From NCBI GenBank assembly GCA_965223155.1, contig CBDCVR010000015.1, forward strand, positions 192,001-256,000: a stretch of DNA of 64,000 nucleotides, given 5' to 3'. The DNA is from Candidatus Multivoradales bacterium (GTDB lineage: Bacteria; Acidobacteriota; Thermoanaerobaculia; Multivoradales; JAHEKO01). Each line of letters opens with the position of its first letter. The stretch's first letter is position 1. The position numbers were made by a program, and so were the translations under genes. The notes below the pieces were generated by a model. The model was not told the DNA's origin. It ran no database searches and saw nothing but the letters and a program-made list of their open reading frames with translations. Below, piece by piece: positions 61,047 to 64,000 of the stretch.

Positions 61047-62077
61047 TTGGGGGCTGGAACGGTCGGCAGCCCGCGATCGACCGCGGGGGCCAGTTCGTGA
61101 AGCGACCGCATGAGCTCGGTGAACTCTCCCGGAAGGAGGGCCTGATTCCCGTCCGAAAGTGCCGCTTCTGGGGCGTCGTGAACCTCGATCAGCAGGCCGT
61201 CGGCGCCGGCGGCTATCGCCGCCCGGGCCAGGGGCGGGACCTTGTCGCGCCGGCCAGCGGCATGGCTGGGATCGGCGATCATCGGCAGATGACTGATGGC
61301 TTTGACCGCAGGAATAGAGGCCACGTCTAAGGTGTTGCGGGTATGGTCCGCGAAGGTCCGAATCCCGCGCTCGCACAAGATCACCTGCTCGTTGCCCTGG
61401 TCCAGGATGTACTCTGCGGCCAGCAGCAACTCGGTCACGGTGGCGTTGAGCCCGCGCTTGAGCAGGATCGGCCGGCCGCACCTCCCGGCCCTCTTCAGCA
61501 GGGTGAAATTCTGCATGTTGCGGGCACCGATCTGGACCACGTCTGCGAACTCGGCGACCTCGTCCAGGACGTCGATGTCGAGAGCCTCGGTCACCACCGG
61601 CAATCCGGTCTCGTCGCGAACCCGCGCCAGGATGCGCAGTCCTTCGGCGCCCAAGCCCTGAAAACTGTACGGACTCGTCCTGGGCTTGTAGGCGCCGCCG
61701 CGCAAGAGGCGGGCTCCGGCTTTCTGCACGGCCTGGGCGATCCCGAGGGTCTGCTCGTAGCTCTCGACCGAGCACGGCCCGGCCATAATTACGAGGTTGC
61801 CGCCCCCGATCTCGACGTCGCCGACCCGAAACACGGAATCTTCGGCCCGGAACTCGCGCGAGACCAACTTGTACGGATGGCTGACCTGGATGACTTCCAG
61901 AACGCCCGGAAGATCCTGGAACAAGGCCGGCTCGACGACGCCGATGTTGCCCGTAATGCCGATCGCGGTTCGTTGCGCGCCGGAGATCGGATGCGCCTTG
62001 AGGCCGCGCTTCTCGACGGCGTCGACCACCGTCCGGATCTCGCCGGCGCCGGCATCCATCTTCATGACAATCAGCAT
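61043..62077 (-). CDS. aroF: Type I-beta DAHP synthase with N-terminal regulatory domain
   Basis: AGPCSVE, RGGAYKPRTSPYSFQG, QIGARNMQN, CERGIR, DPSH. Confidence 0.93.
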   Translation of the reverse strand: MLIVMKMDAGAGEIRTVVDAVEKRGLKAHPISGAQRTAIGITGNIGVVEPALFQDLPGVLEVIQVSHPYKLVSREFRAEDSVFRVGDVEIGGGNLVIMAGPCSVESYEQTLGIAQAVQKAGARLLRGGAYKPRTSPYSFQGLGAEGLRILARVRDETGLPVVTEALDIDVLDEVAEFADVVQIGARNMQNFTLLKRAGRCGRPILLKRGLNATVTELLLAAEYILDQGNEQVILCERGIRTFADHTRNTLDVASIPAVKAISHLPMIADPSHAAGRRDKVPPLARAAIAAGADGLLIEVHDAPEAALSDGNQALLPGEFTELMRSLHELAPAVDRGLPTVPAPK

Positions 62078-62119
62078 GACTCTGGCCTTTCGAGCGGCCG
62101 GCTGGTACCGGCGGCGCGA

Positions 62120-62129
62120 TATGATACCA
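62120..62129. promoter_or_regulatory. Overlapping bidirectional -10 elements
   Basis: TATGAT on plus (62120-62125) and TG-n-TATCAT on minus (62129-62121). Confidence 0.5.
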
Positions 62130-62236
62130 ACTGCGGCCGGCACCGCCGAGCCACGGCAGAACCACTACCGAACGGCCACGCAACCACAACCCGACCGCCA
62201 CCCGGCGAATCGTTCCGGCCGAACAGGAGACCTAGA

Positions 62237-63058
62237 ATGAGCATCCCACACCGCTTCGCGGCCCGAACTCGCCGGTTTCGCCGGCTCCGAGTCGCCTGGC
62301 TCGCTCTGGCGGTAGCCGCGCTCCTGGCCGGAGCCTCGCCCGCCACGGCCTACACCGTCTACCTCAAGGACGGCAGCCAGCTCATCACCCGCGGCGCGCC
62401 CAGCCTGGAAGGCGATCAGGCCATCATCATCCTGCAGAACGGGACCCGTACTTCGATCTCGGCGGCCGAGATCGATTTCGCCCGCACCCGCGAGGCCAAC
62501 AAGACCGATCTGGGCTCGGCCCTGGTGCTGGAAGACGGGGAGTTCACCACGCAAACCAAGGACGAGCCGATCGGAGTCCGGCAGGAGACCCTGTCCGAAG
62601 TTGCCGGCCGCACCCGCCGGACCCGCGCCACCAACCGCGCACCAGTTGAGCGTCCGGAACCCCAGGCTACGGCGCCAAGCGTGGGCGTCGTGGATCTCTT
62701 CACCACGCCACGCGCCCAGTTTCGAAACCTGGCGGTGCTCGAGCCGATCCAGAGTGCCTTCTCGAGCCAGGGTGCCGGACAGGTCAAGGTCTACCAGGGA
62801 ACCGCACCGAACCGGGTCCTCCTGGAAGTCACGACCAATTCCGAGGCGGCGGTCTTCCGGAGCATCCGGGTCGCGGCCGGTGCGCTGACTCATCTTCGGT
62901 CGAACGGCGGTGCCTCGATCGCAGCCTTTGAGCTGGCACTCCAGACTGAGAGCCGGCACCGGGCCGGACAGTTCCTGCTCGAGCCCGGCGTCGCCCGGGC
63001 AATCGTCGCCGGCGATCTCGAGATCTCCGAGTTCTTCGTCCGCTACGTCCGCTTCTAG
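62237..63058 (+). CDS. Exported hypothetical protein
   Basis: AGGAG RBS, Arg-rich signal peptide ending ATA-Y, N-terminal VYLKDGS beta domain. Confidence 0.78.
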   Translation: MSIPHRFAARTRRFRRLRVAWLALAVAALLAGASPATAYTVYLKDGSQLITRGAPSLEGDQAIIILQNGTRTSISAAEIDFARTREANKTDLGSALVLEDGEFTTQTKDEPIGVRQETLSEVAGRTRRTRATNRAPVERPEPQATAPSVGVVDLFTTPRAQFRNLAVLEPIQSAFSSQGAGQVKVYQGTAPNRVLLEVTTNSEAAVFRSIRVAAGALTHLRSNGGASIAAFELALQTESRHRAGQFLLEPGVARAIVAGDLEISEFFVRYVRF

Positions 63059-63113
63059 CTATCCCGCCGGCTCGGCGCGGGTGGCCCGGACGGGGCCGGT
63101 TCCCACGACCAGC

Positions 63114-63446
63114 CTAGTTGGGTGGCGGCCCCGCATCTTCGACGCCGGTCAGGAAATCGCTCACCGAAGCTCCCACGGTCCGCTCGAAGCGCTGGCTGTA
63201 GCTCTCGACCTCGCCGACCTGCTCGTCCAGAAAGATCCGTTCGACCCGGAACATCGGGACGAAGGTCGTGGTCAGACCCAGGCTGGGCTTCTCGCCACCC
63301 GAAACCTCGAGCATCCAGTCGTCGAAGGCGGCCAGATTGATGCCCCGCAGGACGACACCTGAGCCGTCGATCCGCGCGAGGAGACCCCAAGCCTTTTCCG
63401 TGGGGTTGACCATGTGCACCACGACGACCGAGCCGGCGGAGATCAT
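63114..63446 (-). CDS. Hypothetical protein, 110 aa
   Basis: GAGGAG RBS; begins 3 nt after mce; globular beta-rich composition. Confidence 0.78.
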   Translation of the reverse strand: MISAGSVVVVHMVNPTEKAWGLLARIDGSGVVLRGINLAAFDDWMLEVSGGEKPSLGLTTTFVPMFRVERIFLDEQVGEVESYSQRFERTVGASVSDFLTGVEDAGPPPN

Positions 63447-63449
63447 TCT

Positions 63450-63881
63450 CTACTCCTCTTCTCCACCGGTCTCGCCCTTGGCCTCGCCGCGCTGAGAAAG
63501 CTCGATCAAGACCCCTGAGGCGCTGCGCGGATGCACAAACTGGATCCAGCACCCGCCGGCGCCGCGGGTCGGCTCGGGCCGCAACACCGAGAAATCCCGG
63601 GCGCGCAGAGCCGAGTCGGCGCCGGCTACGTCGGTCGTGGCCAAGCAAAGGTGATGCAGGCCGGGGCCCCGGCGATCCAAGAAGCGCCGGATGGGAGAGT
63701 CCTCGGTCGTCGCCTCGAGCAGTTCGATCTTGCTCTCCCCGACCGGGATCATCGCCACGCGCACGCCTTCGGCTTCGACCTCTTCGATCTCGGCCACCGT
63801 CAGGCCCAGGGCCTCATAGAAAACCCTGGCCTCATCAATCGATTCGACCGCGATGCCGACGTGGTCGACGCACTCGATCAT
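63450..63881 (-). CDS. mce: Methylmalonyl-CoA epimerase
   Basis: DHVGIAV, KIELLE, GLHHLC, FVHP...GVLIEL. Confidence 0.92.
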   Translation of the reverse strand: MIECVDHVGIAVESIDEARVFYEALGLTVAEIEEVEAEGVRVAMIPVGESKIELLEATTEDSPIRRFLDRRGPGLHHLCLATTDVAGADSALRARDFSVLRPEPTRGAGGCWIQFVHPRSASGVLIELSQRGEAKGETGGEEE

Positions 63882-64000
63882 GAGCCGCCTTCCCCTCGGT
63901 TCACGACACCCTCGAACAGGCGCTCGGCGATGGCATAGGGGTCGCGGCCGGCGGCGAAGCCCTCCGCGACCTCCACGTCCAGACCCAGGGCGCGGTCGGC
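63878..64000 (-). CDS. C-terminus of a probable MeaB GTPase (partial)
   Basis: Frame reads ...AAGRDPYAIAERLFEG...GS-stop, overlapping the mce ATG; DPY.AE and the context suggest MeaB. Confidence 0.55.
   Translation of the reverse strand, partial: ADRALGLDVEVAEGFAAGRDPYAIAERLFEGVVNRGEGGS

Noticed and set aside
59937-62201. Apparent 754-aa carA fusion; likewise extended aroA (to 24998), prmA (to 6796) and 61343-63058
   Set aside because: The extensions are off-frame overlaps with neighbouring genes; plausible internal starts exist.

Overview
High-GC bacterial chromosomal segment, densely coding and mostly housekeeping. Gene content and order (pilT-recX-alaS, MglA-like GTPase, hsp20-lon, GWxTD protein, GldA/F/G-DUF4340 ABC system) suggest Acidobacteriota; this is an inference. 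It carries alaS (partial), hrcA-grpE-dnaK-dnaJ-prmA-rsmE, nrdR, lon, thiL, aroA, lpxH, mlaEFD, UDP-sugar enzymes, fabH, folE, methylmalonyl-CoA mutase/epimerase, dinB, fumC, carAB and a DAHP synthase. I saw no rRNA, tRNA, CRISPR array, transposase or prophage. The most notable signals are: (1) two NrdR-box-like sites 32 bp apart bracketing a TTGACA promoter that points at a purely basic, repeat-built histone-H1-like gene rather than at a ribonucleotide reductase; (2) a UGA-recoded CxxU Rdx/SelW selenoprotein with a SECIS-like hairpin, truncated by the ORF track; (3) an archaeal-type (class II) GAPDH homolog; (4) an MglA-like GTPase with a long C-terminal extension and no adjacent mglB; (5) a small MITE-like repeat that sits on TAG stop codons. 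All calls come from reading motifs by eye; no database search was run.
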